Source: an uncultured Acidobacteriota bacterium (GTDB lineage: Bacteria; Acidobacteriota; UBA6911). Taken from it: a stretch of DNA of 64,000 nucleotides. Each line of letters opens with the position of its first letter. Position 1 is the first letter of the stretch. Both the position numbers and the translations under genes were made by a program. Shown one piece after another: positions 18,660 to 31,188 of the stretch. The DNA is taken from assembly GCA_963827655.1 (NCBI GenBank), contig CAWHCF010000049.1:1-64000 (forward strand), in the 5' to 3' direction. The notes beneath the pieces were generated by a model. The model did not search any database, was not told the origin of the DNA, and saw only the letters and a program-made list of their open reading frames with translations.

Positions 18660-21600
18660 TCAATGGGCTTCCCGTCGCGTGTGTTTCAGGAACGCCAGCA
18701 AATCAGAGAGCTCCCGCTCGGTCAGCTGTTCATCGAGGCCGGAGGGCATCACCGACACGGTGCCGGGTCGCATCTCCGCGATCTCATTCCTGGCGATCCG
18801 AACCTCGGTGCGCGCGTCGGTGGCGAGGAGTACTTCATCATTATCCTCCTTGCGCAGCACACCGTTATGCATTTCACCGGATTTGGTCTTCACCAGGACC
18901 GACTCGTAACTGCGCACGAAGCTCGCGTTGGGAAAGACGATCGACTCGAGCAGATCGCGCTCCGTGCGAATCTGGCCTATCCTCGTGAGGTCGGGACCGA
19001 GCTTACCCCCATGTAACCGATGGTATGGCACGTAGAACAGGCGGTGGTAGCGCTGTTGAAGACCGCCTGGCCACGCCGGATGTCGCCCCCCTTGAGACTG
19101 ACCAGCAACTTGTCGACGCGCGCATTCTGCTGGCCGATATCCAGGTTTACCGACGCCAGCAATTCCTCCCCTTTCTTCTGCACCGACTCCGGGAATTTTG
19201 CCAGCCGCGGTTTAAGCACGTCGGGGCGCAGCACGGCCACTCCCTTCGATTGTTTCAAGGCCGAAACCAGTTTCAGCCCCAGGGCTTCGTCACTGGCGTT
19301 CTCGTACACGGCGAGTATCTTGGGAAGCTCCATCGGTCCGACGTTCTTGAGCGAATCCGCCAGCGCGAGTAATTGATCCGGAGACAGCTTTGCCTTCCCC
19401 AAAACCGTGGCAGCGTTGCCGCGAACCGCCGGCGGTTGAGTCGACTCAACGCCGGCAATCAGAAACTGGAACAGATCCGGCTCTACGCTGCTGAGTCCTC
19501 CGGGAACGGCCGCCAGGGCATCCAGCCGCACCTCGGCGGGAAACGCCGGTTCACAGGCGACCCGGAGCAACGCCGCACTCAAGCCAGCCACAGAATCCTT
19601 GGGTGGCGCCGGAAGCACGCGGGCGGTGGAGACGGTCTGCCGAATCAACTCCGTGTCCTTGCCGGCCATGACTTTGACAAACCCGGCAGCCCAGGCGGCC
19701 GGCATTTCCTTTAAGGGCGCCTGGGCCATGGCGCGCAACACGACCAGGCGCGATTCCTTCGAGGCCGAGCCGTTCAGACTCGTGGCCAAGAAAGACTGAA
19801 TCTCGGCGTCGCGCGTGAACTGCGCGAGCTGGCGCTGTAACTCGTCGCGGTCCGCGCTGCTCAAGTCTTTGCTGGCCAGGCGCTGGCGGAAGAATCCGGC
19901 CACCGCCTGTCCCCAATCGGGATGGTGACCGGCGATCCACCAGGCGGTTTGCTTGAGCAACGCATCGCTGGAGGTAAGCAGCGGAGTAATCGACTCGGGT
20001 TTCAACCCGCCCCCGTCCATCTGGTCGAGCGCGATCAGCGCAGCCCGCCGGATGCGTGGTGAGGCAGCCTGCAATCCTGCAGCCGTCGCCCCTGGATCGC
20101 CGATCTCGATCAGAGCGTACGTCAGGGAGTGCTCGAGGACGCGGTCGGATGGAGTGTCAACGAGGGCAAATAGCTCCGGAATGGCCGTCTTGTCGCCGAT
20201 GCGGCCCAGCGCTTCGGCAGCAGCCCGCTGGAGGTGGGGCGAGCCATGTTTCAGCACATCAACGAGTGCTTGCACGGCGCCGGAATCGCGCCAGGTGCCC
20301 GCCGAATGAGAGGCGGCCTGACGGATGGTTTCGTCCTGGTCCTTCAAAGCCAGCCGGACTGCCTCGCGCGCTTCGATGCCTTCGATGCGCGTAAGGGCCC
20401 AAACGGCGTTGCGGCGGCCTTCTACCGAGCCGGAAGTCTTGAGCATGTCTGCCAGCGCCGGCACTGCTGCGCTCCCCTGTTTGGAGAGTTGATGCATGGC
20501 ACGGCTGCGTACCGCGGGCCGGGAGTCAACAAGCAATCCCGCCAGCGCCTCGGGTTTCGACGTGGCCCATTCGACTTTAAGCCCGCGCGGATCGTTTACC
20601 CCGGGGGCTCCCTTCCTCCGGACCCGGTAGATGGCGCCAAGGACGTCAGGCTTGGCCAGCTGGGAGGTTGGGCAACAGAGCTTGTACCACGCGCCCGTGT
20701 CAATCACGATCAGGCTGCCATCGGCATCTTCGAGCACATCGGTGGGGTGAAAATCGGGATCGCTGGAGACCAGGAAGTCGCTGTCGCGGGTGGTGAAGGT
20801 GGCCCCGGTGGGTTCGAGCACGTGGCGCGTGACCTTGTGCAGGTTGAAAAGCGCCGCGAAGATATTGTTCTGATAATCCTTGCCGAAAGCTTCCGAAGTA
20901 TAGGCGGTCAGCCCGCACGGGACGGCGGGACCAAGATGGGTCATGACCGGCATGAGGTCGCCGGTCTTCTTGTGGTCATTGATGACGTTGTGCTGTTTTC
21001 CGTAAACGCCGCCATAGACGGCGTGGATCAGGCCGTCGCGCCGGCCGACTTCCGGCTGAATGACGAAAGTCGAGGTAATAATCCGTTCGCCGGCTGGAGT
21101 GAAGACGACGTCCACAGGATTGTCCATGCCGCCGGTCATTACCGGCTCGATGGCAGTATCGCCGGGGCGCCGGCGAAAAATATGGGACGCGCGCGTGACG
21201 AAGGGAGGCTTGCCGGGGCGTTCGTAGGTCTGCTTGGCAAACGCTCCTTTGGCCCAATAGATCCATCCGTCCAGACCCAGGTAGGGCCCGTGCAGGTCGT
21301 TGGCGCAGTTGGTAAGGGTCGTGCCCTGAAACCACTCTTCGCGCTGGTCTGCGACTCCGTCTTCGTTGGTGTCGGTAAGTTTCCAGATGCTCGGAGGCGC
21401 GGCGACGTAAAGCGATCCGTCAAACCACAACGTCCCTTCGGGAAACATCATCTTGTCGGCGAACACGACACTCTTGTCAAACCGTCCGTCCTGGTTAGTG
21501 TCCTCGAGCCGCACGATCCGGTGAGGTTTATCCTCCAGCTGTTTTTGAACCTTGTCGTTCGAGCCCGAGGAGTCGGCGACGTAGAGCCGCCCCTGCTCGT

Positions 21601-21790
21601 CGAAATCCGCTACGATCGGGCGTTCTACCAGCGGCGGGCCCGCGATCCGTTCGACTTCGAAGCCGTCAGCCACGTTGACCATGGGCGCCGGAGATTGGAA
21701 TCGGACCTTAACCAGCCAGAAGACTACACCCGCGATGATGGCTGCGACGGATGCGCCAGCCAGGAGCACGTAAGCAAACTTAGTCTTCAT
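18660..21790 (-). CDS. PVC-type membrane-bound dehydrogenase-like / HEAT / heme c (CxxCH) protein; frameshift about 19008
   Basis: Beta-propeller N-domain, HEAT repeats, CSTCH, then GPDLTRIG...SVMPSGL after a G-run frameshift. Confidence 0.88.
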
Positions 21791-21891
21791 AGATCATTCT
21801 CCCCGCGGGGGAGTATATTCACGGCGAAGCGCTCCCGCCAGAAGAAATTCAATTGTGCTTCTTCGAATCCTGGTTTTGATTCCGCCGGCCG

Positions 21892-22482
21892 TTACTCGAC
21901 GAGAGCGCCGGCCTGGCGGATTTCCTCGAGGGCTCGCTCCCCGTCGGATTCCTTGAGATTAACCGCGCGGATTCCTTCCCGGAGCACAGTGGTGACGAAG
22001 CCAATCCGGAGCGCGTCCAGCGCGGTTTCCTTGACGCAATAATCGGTTGCGAGTCCGATAATCACGACCCGCTCAACCCCGTGACTCCGCAGCAGGCTCT
22101 CGAGCTCGGTGGGTTTGCGACTCCCGGTCTGCACGTCGGCAACGGAGAATCCCGAGTAGCCGTCTTCGGCACCGGTCCCCTTGCGTACGACTTCGCCCTC
22201 CACCCGCAGCTCCGGCGCGAAGGCAGCTCCCCAGCTGCCACGAACGCAGTGCACCGGCCAAACTCCGCCGTACTTCTGAAAATGAGGAGTGACGCCCGGG
22301 TGCCAATCCTGGGTGTAGACCACCAGGGCGCCGGCCGCCCGAGCTCTCTCGATCTCGCGATTTATCACGGGAACGACCTTCTCGCCTTCTTCGACATAAA
22401 GGCTCCCCTTTGGATCGGCGAAGTCGTTTTGAACGTCGACCACGAGCAGCGCGGTCTTCGTGTCATAGCGAACCCTGTCCAT
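21892..22482 (-). CDS. pncA: Nicotinamidase / isochorismatase family
   Basis: VDVQNDF, QDWHP, WPVHC, GLATDYCV. Confidence 0.88.
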   Translation of the reverse strand: MDRVRYDTKTALLVVDVQNDFADPKGSLYVEEGEKVVPVINREIERARAAGALVVYTQDWHPGVTPHFQKYGGVWPVHCVRGSWGAAFAPELRVEGEVVRKGTGAEDGYSGFSVADVQTGSRKPTELESLLRSHGVERVVIIGLATDYCVKETALDALRIGFVTTVLREGIRAVNLKESDGERALEEIRQAGALVE

Positions 22483-22649
22483 AACTTTCTCGGGGCCGCC
22501 GAGCGTGAACCCCGGCAGCCCGGATGATTATAGCTTCACTACCGGGACGCGGCGACGCAAAGAAGTGCCAATGGGTCACTTGACACCTTGGGGCCCGCTG
22601 ATTAACACTCGGGATAAAAATCCGAGCCAGGAGCTAAGCGGAGAACGTC

Positions 22650-24356
22650 ATGCGCAAGTACACACGGGGTGAATTTCTCGGCCTGACCACTCTTTTCGCC
22701 GGTGCGATTGGATTGCCGAACTTCCAAGCGCAGCGTCCGGGAGGGAGTGGCGGGGACGGCGGCGATGTGCGGCGTCCGGATCTCGCGTTGACCGGGGGCC
22801 GGATCTATACCATCGATCCAGCCCAGCCGAGGGCCGAGGCGTTTGCGGTCAAGAACGGCCGTTTTATTGCGGTGGGGAGCACGGCTGACATCAAGAACCT
22901 GATCGCGCGGGGCACCCAGGTAATCGATGCCGCCGGCATGACCGTTACTCCCGGGTTTATCGATACGCACTGTCACCCGAGCGGGATCGATGAGTTATAC
23001 AGCGTAAATCTCGACCTGCGCAGCATAGAGCAGATCAAGGAGGCGCTGCGGAAGAAGGCAGCGCAGACGCCGCCCGGTTACTGGGTTTCGGGGTTCAAGT
23101 TTGATGACACGAAGGTGCAAGAGCGCCGGCGCTTGCACCGGAAGGATCTGGATGAAGCGGTTCCCAGCCATCCCGTGAGCGTCGCGCATCGGGGCGGGCA
23201 CACGACCTGGTACAACAGCAAGGCGTTTGAGCTCGCCGGAATAACTCGAAACACCCCGGATCCCAAGGGAGGGCGATTCGAACGCGACTCGGAGGGAGAA
23301 TTGTCCGGGATGGTGGCCGAGCATGCTCGCGCCGTATTCGACCGGGTTGGCAAGCGCGAGGAATTCAGTCCGGAGGAACAGCGCAAGCGAGGCCACGCCG
23401 GCATGAAGTACATGTCGGAACTGCTTACCGCTTCCGGTCTGACCACGGTTCACGATGCCGGGGCCGGGCGGCAGCGGATTCTGGCATACGAAGACGCCTA
23501 TCGAGCCGGTGACCTGCGCCACCGGGTCTACATGATGGTGAGCAGCGGCATCTTTTCAGGATTCAAGACGGCCGGAATCTATACCGGTTTCGGTGATGAA
23601 TGGTTAAAGGTCGGTGGCGTAAAGTACGTCGCCGATGGCTCGGCTTCAGAGCGAACCATGTATATGAGCACACCGTTCGTCGGCCGCACCGACCGGGGGA
23701 TCCTGACCATGACACCGGAGGAAATCCAGGAGGCGGTCGAAGACGCCCACCGGCATAGCTTCCAGATCGGAATTCATGCGAACGGAGATCTCACGATTGA
23801 TTACGTCTTGAAGGCCTACGAGCGCGTCCTGATGAAGTGGCCTCATCCCGATCGCAGGCATCGCATCGAGCACTGCTCCCTCGTCAATCCGGATCTCCTG
23901 AAGCGCATTAAAGCGACCGGCTCCATCCCGACTCCATTCTGGACCTACGTGCACTATCACGGGGAAAAGTGGAAGGAGTATGGCGACGAAAAAATGAAGT
24001 GGATGTTCGCGCACCGATCCTTTCTCGACTACGGCATACCGGTGCCGGGCGCCTCGGATTACACTCCCGGCCCCTTTGAGCCTCTCATGGCGATCCAGAG
24101 CCTGGTTACGCGCAAGGACGTGGAAGGACGCCTCTGGGGGGCCAATCAGAAGGTAACCGTCGACGAGGCGCTTAAGATCGCCACCATTAACGGCGCCCGC
24201 GCTTCCTATGAAGAGAATCTAAAGGGTTCGATCACAGCCGGCAAGCTGGCGGATTTCGTGATGCTGGCGCAGGATCCTCATGAGGTCGAGCCCGATCAAA
24301 TCAAGAACATCAAGGTTGTGAGGACGGTAGTCGGCGGCCGCACGGTCTTTTCGTGA
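22650..24356 (+). CDS. Amidohydrolase 3 family (YtcJ-like), probably exported
   Basis: PGFIDTHCH, IHANGD, RIEH, ASD, GKLADFV. Confidence 0.9.
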   Translation: MRKYTRGEFLGLTTLFAGAIGLPNFQAQRPGGSGGDGGDVRRPDLALTGGRIYTIDPAQPRAEAFAVKNGRFIAVGSTADIKNLIARGTQVIDAAGMTVTPGFIDTHCHPSGIDELYSVNLDLRSIEQIKEALRKKAAQTPPGYWVSGFKFDDTKVQERRRLHRKDLDEAVPSHPVSVAHRGGHTTWYNSKAFELAGITRNTPDPKGGRFERDSEGELSGMVAEHARAVFDRVGKREEFSPEEQRKRGHAGMKYMSELLTASGLTTVHDAGAGRQRILAYEDAYRAGDLRHRVYMMVSSGIFSGFKTAGIYTGFGDEWLKVGGVKYVADGSASERTMYMSTPFVGRTDRGILTMTPEEIQEAVEDAHRHSFQIGIHANGDLTIDYVLKAYERVLMKWPHPDRRHRIEHCSLVNPDLLKRIKATGSIPTPFWTYVHYHGEKWKEYGDEKMKWMFAHRSFLDYGIPVPGASDYTPGPFEPLMAIQSLVTRKDVEGRLWGANQKVTVDEALKIATINGARASYEENLKGSITAGKLADFVMLAQDPHEVEPDQIKNIKVVRTVVGGRTVFS

Positions 24357-24843
24357 CGGAACCAGCCCCGAAGACGCCAAGACGCAAAAGTGGCGCGTGG
24401 TTGAAGGATGGCGCTGCTCGGTCCGGGTTCAGCTGAGGAGGAGATCACATGAGCGATCTCGTTCAGGAATGACCCTTCGAAGATTCTCTTCGAGCAGGGC
24501 GGCGCCATTCGAATAAGATACACAAATCGAGAGTTGGCGAACCGTCAACGAAGACACCGGTTGTGGACTATGGCGAGATGAGGGGCGAGATGAGGTTTGA
24601 TTTAAGCGTGGGTAATCTTGCAGACCCCTAAGTTCGACTGAAGCTCCAGACCACCTCGGGCATCGGCATATCACCACCACCCAAATCTACGACAAACGGA
24701 GGCGGAGCACGTCGGAGAGCGCCAGTCACGATGTGCCAATTTGATCCGCGAATCCGACAGTGTGACCTATGGCTTTCCGTCCCGAATCCCTTCGGTTGGC
24801 TAGGTCAGCATTGAGACCACCCAAATAGAGGTCTCCCCCGCGA

Positions 24844-27800
24844 TCAAAATTTGCCCGATAGAAAAATGATGGTACCCCCACCATGAGCGACCATGACCCT
24901 GACGAAATTGCGAACGTCCTTTCCTGGGGGGAGAATTGGTCTAATGTCTCGCTCACCATTCTTGGGGCTCGAACTCCACGTCATGGTGGCATTTCCTTGA
25001 CGGTCGGTTTCCACAAAACCGAAGTCCAACTGCTGGCCCGAATCCACCGGCTCACCTGAGGAGATGTCGACAAGAATGCGGTAACTGTTGTTAGCGAGCG
25101 CCCGCTCGATTCTTACACTGAATTGCTGCTGAATTTCGGTGCCCGACTGAACGAACACTATTTCGGCCTTTCCCCCAGCAGGGCCTGATACAACCGGCGA
25201 GAGAATAGCCTCCTTGAAGAACTGCCGCGAGGCGCAATAGCGCCCGCCGGTGTTGGTCGTGGGAGATCCCCCCCCCCAAACAATCATTTCACTCCCGGTC
25301 CAGACCGCGGTGGGACCGCTTCGTGCGCTGGGCGCATTCTGCGTGCTCGTTGGCTTCCAGCTATCGGTTGCCGGATCGTAGCGCCCGCCGGTGTTGAAGA
25401 CCGTAAGAAACACGGTACCTCCTCCCCAGACGATCATTTCATGGCCGGTCCAGACCGCGCTGTGAGAGCGTCGTTCGCTGGGTGCATTCTGCGTGCTCGT
25501 GGGTCTCCAGCTGTCGGTTGCCGGATCGTAGCGTCCGCCGGTGTTGAAGGGAGGTACGAAACTGAGTGTCCCTCCCCCCCAGACGATCATTTCATGATCG
25601 GTCCAGACCGCGCTGTGACCAGATCGTTCGCTGGGTGCATTCAGCGTGCTCGTGGGTCTCCAGCTGTCGGTTGCCGGATCATAGCGCCCGCCGGTGTTGA
25701 GGAACTCAGGAAAGAACCTCGTCGCGGTGCCTCCTCCCCAGACGATCATTTCATGACCGGTCCAGACCGCAGCTGTGACCAAATCGTCCGCTGGGTGCAT
25801 TCAGCGTGCTCGTGGGCCGCCAGCTGTCGGTTGCCGGATCGTAGCGCCCGCCGGTGTTGAGGGAAGGTGGGGAACTGAATTCCCCTCCCCAGACGATCAT
25901 TTCACTGACCGGTCCAGACCGCCCTGTGACTCTCTCGTCCGCTGGGTGCATTCTGCGTGCTCGTGGGCCTCCAGTTGTCGGTTGCCGGATCGTAGCGTCC
26001 GCCAGTGTGTGGTAGAAAGGAAATCCCCCCCAGACGATCATTTCATAGCCGGTCCAGACCGCGGTGTGACTGGATCGTCCGCTGGGTACATTCAGCGTGC
26101 TCGAGGGCCTGCCAGCTGTCGGTTGCCGGATCGTAGCGCCCGCCGGTGTTGAAGGAGGTAGACAGAGATTCGGTGCCTCCCCCCCAGACGATCATTTCAG
26201 TCCCGGTCCAGACCGCGCTGTGACCAGATCGTGCGGTGGGTGCATTCAGTGTGCTCGTGGGCGTCCAGCTGTCGGTTGCCGGATCGTAGCGCCCGCCGGT
26301 GTTGAAGGAGGTAGACAGAGACTCGGTGCCTCCTCCCCAGACGATCATTTCATGACCGGCCCAGACCGCGGTGTGAAACTGTCGTGCGCTGGGTGCATTC
26401 TGCGTGCTCGTTGGCGTCCAGCTGTCGGTTGCCGGATCGTAGCGCCCGCCGGTGTTGAAGGAGGTAGTAGGAAGAACCCCGGCGCTTCCTCCCCAGACGA
26501 TCATTTCATGACCGGTCCAGACCGCGGTGTGACGGTCTCGTGCGCTGAGTGCATTCAGCGTGCTCGTGGGCCGCCAGCTGTCGGTTGCCGGATCGTAGCG
26601 CCCGCCGGTGTTGAAGAAGGGTGAAAAAAATTCACTCCCCCCCAGACGATCATTTCATGACCGGTCCAGACCGCAGTGTGTTCCTGTCGTGCGCTGGGTG
26701 CATTCAGCGTGCTCGTGGGCCGCCAGCTGTCGGTTGCCGGATCATAGCGCCCGCCGGTATTGGTCGGTGCTTCCCCCCCAGACGATCATTTCAGTCCCGG
26801 TCCAGACCGCGCTATGAAACTGTCGTGCGCTGGGTGCATTCAGCATGCTCGTGGGCCGCCAGCTGTCGGTTGCTGGATCATAGCGCCCGCCGGTGTTGGT
26901 GCGAATTCCCGCCCAGACGATCATTTCATGGCCGGTCCAGACCGCGCTATGAAACTGTCGTGCACTGGGTGCATTCAGCGTGCTCGAGGGCTGCCAGCTG
27001 TCGGTTGCCGGATCGTAGCGCCCGCCGGTGTTGAAGGGAGGGGAATTGACTCCCCCTCCTCCCCAGACGATCATTTCAGTCCCGGTCCAGACCGCGGTAT
27101 GAAACTGTCGTGCGGTGGGTGCATTCAGCGTGCTCGTTGGCGTCCAGCTGTCGGTTGCCGGATCGTAGCGCCCGCCCGTGTCGGTTGTGGGAGATCCCCC
27201 CCAGACGATCATTTCACTCCCGGTCCAGACCGCAGTGTGACTTTCTCGTGGGTCAGGGGGAGCTGGCGTTGGAGTCCAGGTGTCATTAGAGCACGAGTTT
27301 AAGGCCGGCTCTATTTTCGCCAGAAAATACCCATATCCCTGCCCGGCCACTGCTCCCCGTAGCTGCGGTCGCACTCTATTCCACCACTCTGGGAACGCTT
27401 CCTTCTTCCACTCCACGGTCGCCACCTTCAGTCGCGCTCCATCCATTTCCACGACTGCCGCCACGTAGAACCGGTCCTCTCCTTCCTGTAACCGGCTCAG
27501 CTCATCCAGCGGCAGCCGATCCAGCTCCTCCCGTACATCACGCTGCTCTCCCCCGAGCTGGGCGCTAGTTTCCTTTCCTCCCGCGAATAGCCGCGCCAGC
27601 TCGCGCACCTTCGCCTCCCAGGCTGGAACTCAATACCACTCTGTTCTCACGCTCCGATTCCTCCTGGCTTCCTCCTTTCACCCACTCCAGCTCCCGATAC
27701 TCCCCGCTCATTTTCCACATCTGTCTCGGCGTCCCGTAGGAGCTCACTTCCCCCTCCGCCCGCCGCTTCAGCTCTCCGTGATACCGCTCATCCGAGGCAT

Positions 27801-28338
27801 ACCAGCTCCTGATCAGCCGATGCGCCAGCGCCGGCCGCGCCACGCACTCCGCGATCACAAAGGGATCATGCCCTAAAGCTGCCCATAGCTCCTCGAGCAT
27901 CTCCGGCCGTTTCGTCTGCCGGGCCATCCGGTTCATCTCCGCCTGCAACTGCTCACCTGTAATCGGGCGCTGCCAATAGGCCTCGAGAGCTTCCGACTGG
28001 CGCAAATAATCTTTCACCTTCCCGACGATGGTCGAAAGCGGCATTACCTGGTCCAATGACGGCTTGGGTGCGCGATTCTCTCGCGGCCAAATCCTGTGCC
28101 GCCAGTAGACCTCCTCGATGGCCCGTTGATGGGCGATACGCTCTTCCATCGTGAGACTCGCGCGTGATTGGCTCTCGCCTTCGGTGCTTGATCGAGATTC
28201 GCGATGCGATTCAACGGACGCGGCTGGCGCGATCGAGGAAAAGAGCGACACGGCAATAAAGCTCGCCAAAGCAAAGGCCGCCATTAACAACCAGGAGCTA
28301 GGGGACAGCTGGGAGATTGCGTGATCAAGTTTACGCAT
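24844..28338 (-). CDS. Large secreted kelch-repeat protein, broken by multiple frameshifts
   Basis: N-terminal hydrophobic segment, RAIEEVYWRHRIWP domain, 14 HxAVWTG.EMIVWGG...TGGRY repeats over several ORFs. Confidence 0.85.
25236..27265 (-). repeat. Tandem repeat of about 135-160 bp, 14 units (kelch blades)
   Basis: Recurring cagacgatcatttca and ctgtcggttgccggatc blocks. Confidence 0.95.
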
Positions 28339-29364
28339 GAGATACCTCTGATAAGTGAAAGGTCATTCCTTTGGTGGGGGAATGGGAAGAGCCCGAGACT
28401 CGGGACTCATGAATTAGACAAGAAACTTGGCCGCGAGCACCACCTGCAATGTGCTAGCATACCGGGCATTCACGCCAGCCCGCGTGTTGCCGCTGAGATC
28501 CGAGGTTGCCGAGATCGAAGTGTGCCTGGGTGCTAGGATCGCCTCGTTGGGAGGTTGTCGCACTCGTCCCGCAGGTGGAGGCGTTCAGCACCCAACCCCC
28601 CTTTCCCTGCTTCCCCAGGTCACCCGTCGAATTCTCGGTTGAAATCCAACCCATCCCGCTCTATCTTCCAATCGGCCCGCTGAAGCAAGTTCCGGCCCGC
28701 AACCGGATAGTCGCCATGCCCATCGTCTCCTTGCCTCGAGTCGTTGTACTGTATAAAGCGTAAATTGCGGTCGAAGACTATCACCCTGTCGAAAAAACCT
28801 ACAAAGTCTTCTTAACGCCGCTTGCTCTTTTTCTTTCAGCAATTTACAGGGTGAGGTAACATAATTTCCGTTATGATGTATCAATTCCTCGGGCCTCCAT
28901 GACCCAGGAAATCGCCCCATTGCGCGCCGCGACGTTACGCGCCGGTCTCGAAAAAATTGCCGGCGACGATCGCGCGCTGGAGAACGAGCCGGTTAGCGCT
29001 TCATCGAGTTTTTCACTGCCAAGTTAAAGCTCTGCACATAGCCCGTCGGCGCGTGCAAGTCATAGCCGTTGGAGGTTGTCACACCCTCCTTGGCCTGCGT
29101 TGCTCGGGGAACGGATTAGCCAGGGTAAGCAGAGCGGGTTCGGTGGCCAGGCGCGAATAGGTCTCGTTGGGTCAGAAAATGGGAAACCGGTCATCAAGCT
29201 GGTGCGGATCGGGTTCAGCAGGTGACCGGTATAGAAAATCCCCATCCGCCGCGCTGCACGGTTTTCTGACTCCCCAGGACGCGCCAGGCAAACCCCAGGC
29301 GAGGCGCAAAATGGCAAACTGCTTGCGACGTTTTGCTTCGAGGCGGTATTTTTACAGAAGCAGA

Positions 29365-30171
29365 TCAGCACTGCGACGCCACTGCAGTTGCCAGGTTGGC
29401 CAGCAAGTCATCCGCTTTGCTTCCGTCCGCTTCAGACGCGAGCTGCTTGTATTGCTCGAGTGACGCAATGGCAGCTCGTAAGTCACCCGCAGTGGCATGA
29501 ACCAGCCCCAGGTTGAAATACAGGTGCGGAAAACTCGGCTCAATCTCGGCCGCCATTTCGTAGTGCAGGCGCGACAGACGCAGGTCTCCGGACTCGAAGT
29601 AAAGGTTGCCCAGGTTAAAGTGAGACTCGAAGTGGCGCGGGTCGTGTTTTAGCGAATTTGCGAAGCAGTCGAACGCCTTCGTCACCCGAGATCCCTCGAA
29701 TTCGAGAATCCCCAGATTACAGTAAGCATCCGCCACGTAATCCTCGTTTTGGATCGCTTTCCAGTAGGATTCGGCGGCCCGGCTATCGCTGCGTTCATGC
29801 AGGAGCAGGGCCTCTTCGAAAGGACTGAGCCTTACCGGAAGGCGAATGAGTTGCCCGGGCTCGGGAAAAAGATTCAACTGGCCACGCAGTACCGCGTCGA
29901 TCTGCTTCAGCGTCAACCCCTGTCCGCGAAGTTCACGAACCAGGCGAAACTGGCGCAGCGCCCGAAAGTCGTAGCGCAATTCGCCCGCTTCGGAAGGCGA
30001 AGCCGTCTGGATCAATCCCTCCCGCGTCCAGCGCCGGATGTAGCGTTCGTGCAGGCCGAACTGCTGGCTGATTTCTGGAACTGTGTAAGTAGCCTTAACC
30101 GCCTGAAAGCCGAATTTGGATGGAGCGTCGCTGGGAAACCTGAGGATCCTGCCCATTTTCATATACCGCAA
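29365..30171 (-). CDS. MerR-type HTH + TPR repeat protein
   Basis: YTVPEISQQFG...IRRWTREGLI...YDF HTH; AYCNLG/HFNLG/YFNLG TPRs. Confidence 0.85.
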   Translation of the reverse strand: MRYMKMGRILRFPSDAPSKFGFQAVKATYTVPEISQQFGLHERYIRRWTREGLIQTASPSEAGELRYDFRALRQFRLVRELRGQGLTLKQIDAVLRGQLNLFPEPGQLIRLPVRLSPFEEALLLHERSDSRAAESYWKAIQNEDYVADAYCNLGILEFEGSRVTKAFDCFANSLKHDPRHFESHFNLGNLYFESGDLRLSRLHYEMAAEIEPSFPHLYFNLGLVHATAGDLRAAIASLEQYKQLASEADGSKADDLLANLATAVASQC

Positions 30172-30217
30172 ATACCGCTAAGACGCAAAGACGCGAAGGA
30201 ACGACCGAAACGCGCCA

Positions 30218-31096
30218 TCAGGCGAGTTTGGTTTTTCGAGTCTTGGCTCCCTTTCCCTCGCCGAGTTCCGGCTCTGCCTTCGCTTTTTTCGCCTTGCCAG
30301 TTGCTTTGACCATCGGTTCACGCTGTGATTTGGCCTGCTCGATACTCTCTTTCAACGCGGTCATGATATCGACCACAGGGAGCGCCTCCGGGGCGTATGT
30401 GACGATCTCTTTTCCCTGAATCTTGGCGTTGATGACTTCCCGCAGCGCCTCGCTGTACTTGTCTTTCAAATCCAGTTTGGCCAAAGACGTAGACATCGTG
30501 TCGAGCAGGTGGCGCGCCAGCTTCAGCTGCTCGCGATCGAGCTCGCGCAGGTTGTCGAGCTGCGGTACCTCGGTGATGCTCTTTACCTCTTCAGGGTATC
30601 GAAGTTTATACAGGATCAGGCCGCGATCCTGGGGCGCAATGATCACGACGTCTTCCCGGTCGCGCAAAACCACCTTTCCGATCCCTACTTTGCCGCTTTC
30701 CTTCAGCGCCTCACACAACAATCCGTAAGCTTTCGCCGCGGCCTCGCCATCCGGACCGGCATAATAGGGAGATTCGTACAGGGTAGTATGAATCTCGGAG
30801 GCGTCGACGAATCCCTGGATTTCGATGATACGCGTGCTCTTGAGCCGCAGCTTCTCCAGGTCCTCAGGTTCGATGACGACGTACTGGTCGGGCTCATACT
30901 GATACCCTTTGACGATATCCTCGTTGGCGACCTGCTGGCTGCACTTCTTGCATTTCTTGTCGTATCCGATGCGCCCGTTGCACTCTTTGTGCAACTGGTT
31001 GAAGCTGATGTTTTGGGCCGTGTCGATCGCGCTGTAGATTCGTACGGGGATTGTCACCAGTGAGAACTGAATGTGACCTTTCCAGATTGACCGCAT
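30218..31096 (-). CDS. ku: NHEJ Ku protein
   Basis: MRSIWKG.I.FSLV.IPV, IVKGYQY, VVDIM.ALK.S, basic tail. Confidence 0.96.
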   Translation of the reverse strand: MRSIWKGHIQFSLVTIPVRIYSAIDTAQNISFNQLHKECNGRIGYDKKCKKCSQQVANEDIVKGYQYEPDQYVVIEPEDLEKLRLKSTRIIEIQGFVDASEIHTTLYESPYYAGPDGEAAAKAYGLLCEALKESGKVGIGKVVLRDREDVVIIAPQDRGLILYKLRYPEEVKSITEVPQLDNLRELDREQLKLARHLLDTMSTSLAKLDLKDKYSEALREVINAKIQGKEIVTYAPEALPVVDIMTALKESIEQAKSQREPMVKATGKAKKAKAEPELGEGKGAKTRKTKLA

Positions 31097-31188
31097 GTTA
31101 GCACCTCACAGGTTATCGAAATATTCTACACGAAATCGAAGGTCCTTGGCGTTTCTTCGCGTCTTTGTGGTTGATTCTTGTCCCGGCG

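Noticed and set aside
20234-22042. 602-aa plus-strand ORF and similar long antisense ORFs (45649-47172, 54776-56029, 61615-62832)
   Set aside because: Shadow frames of well-supported genes in GC-rich DNA, with no recognisable motifs.
25236-27265. Repeat/variable-spacer pattern as a CRISPR array or DGR
   Set aside because: Units are about 150-bp coding kelch repeats; no cas genes; variation is in loop length, not adenine-specific; the only RT is a distant group II fragment.
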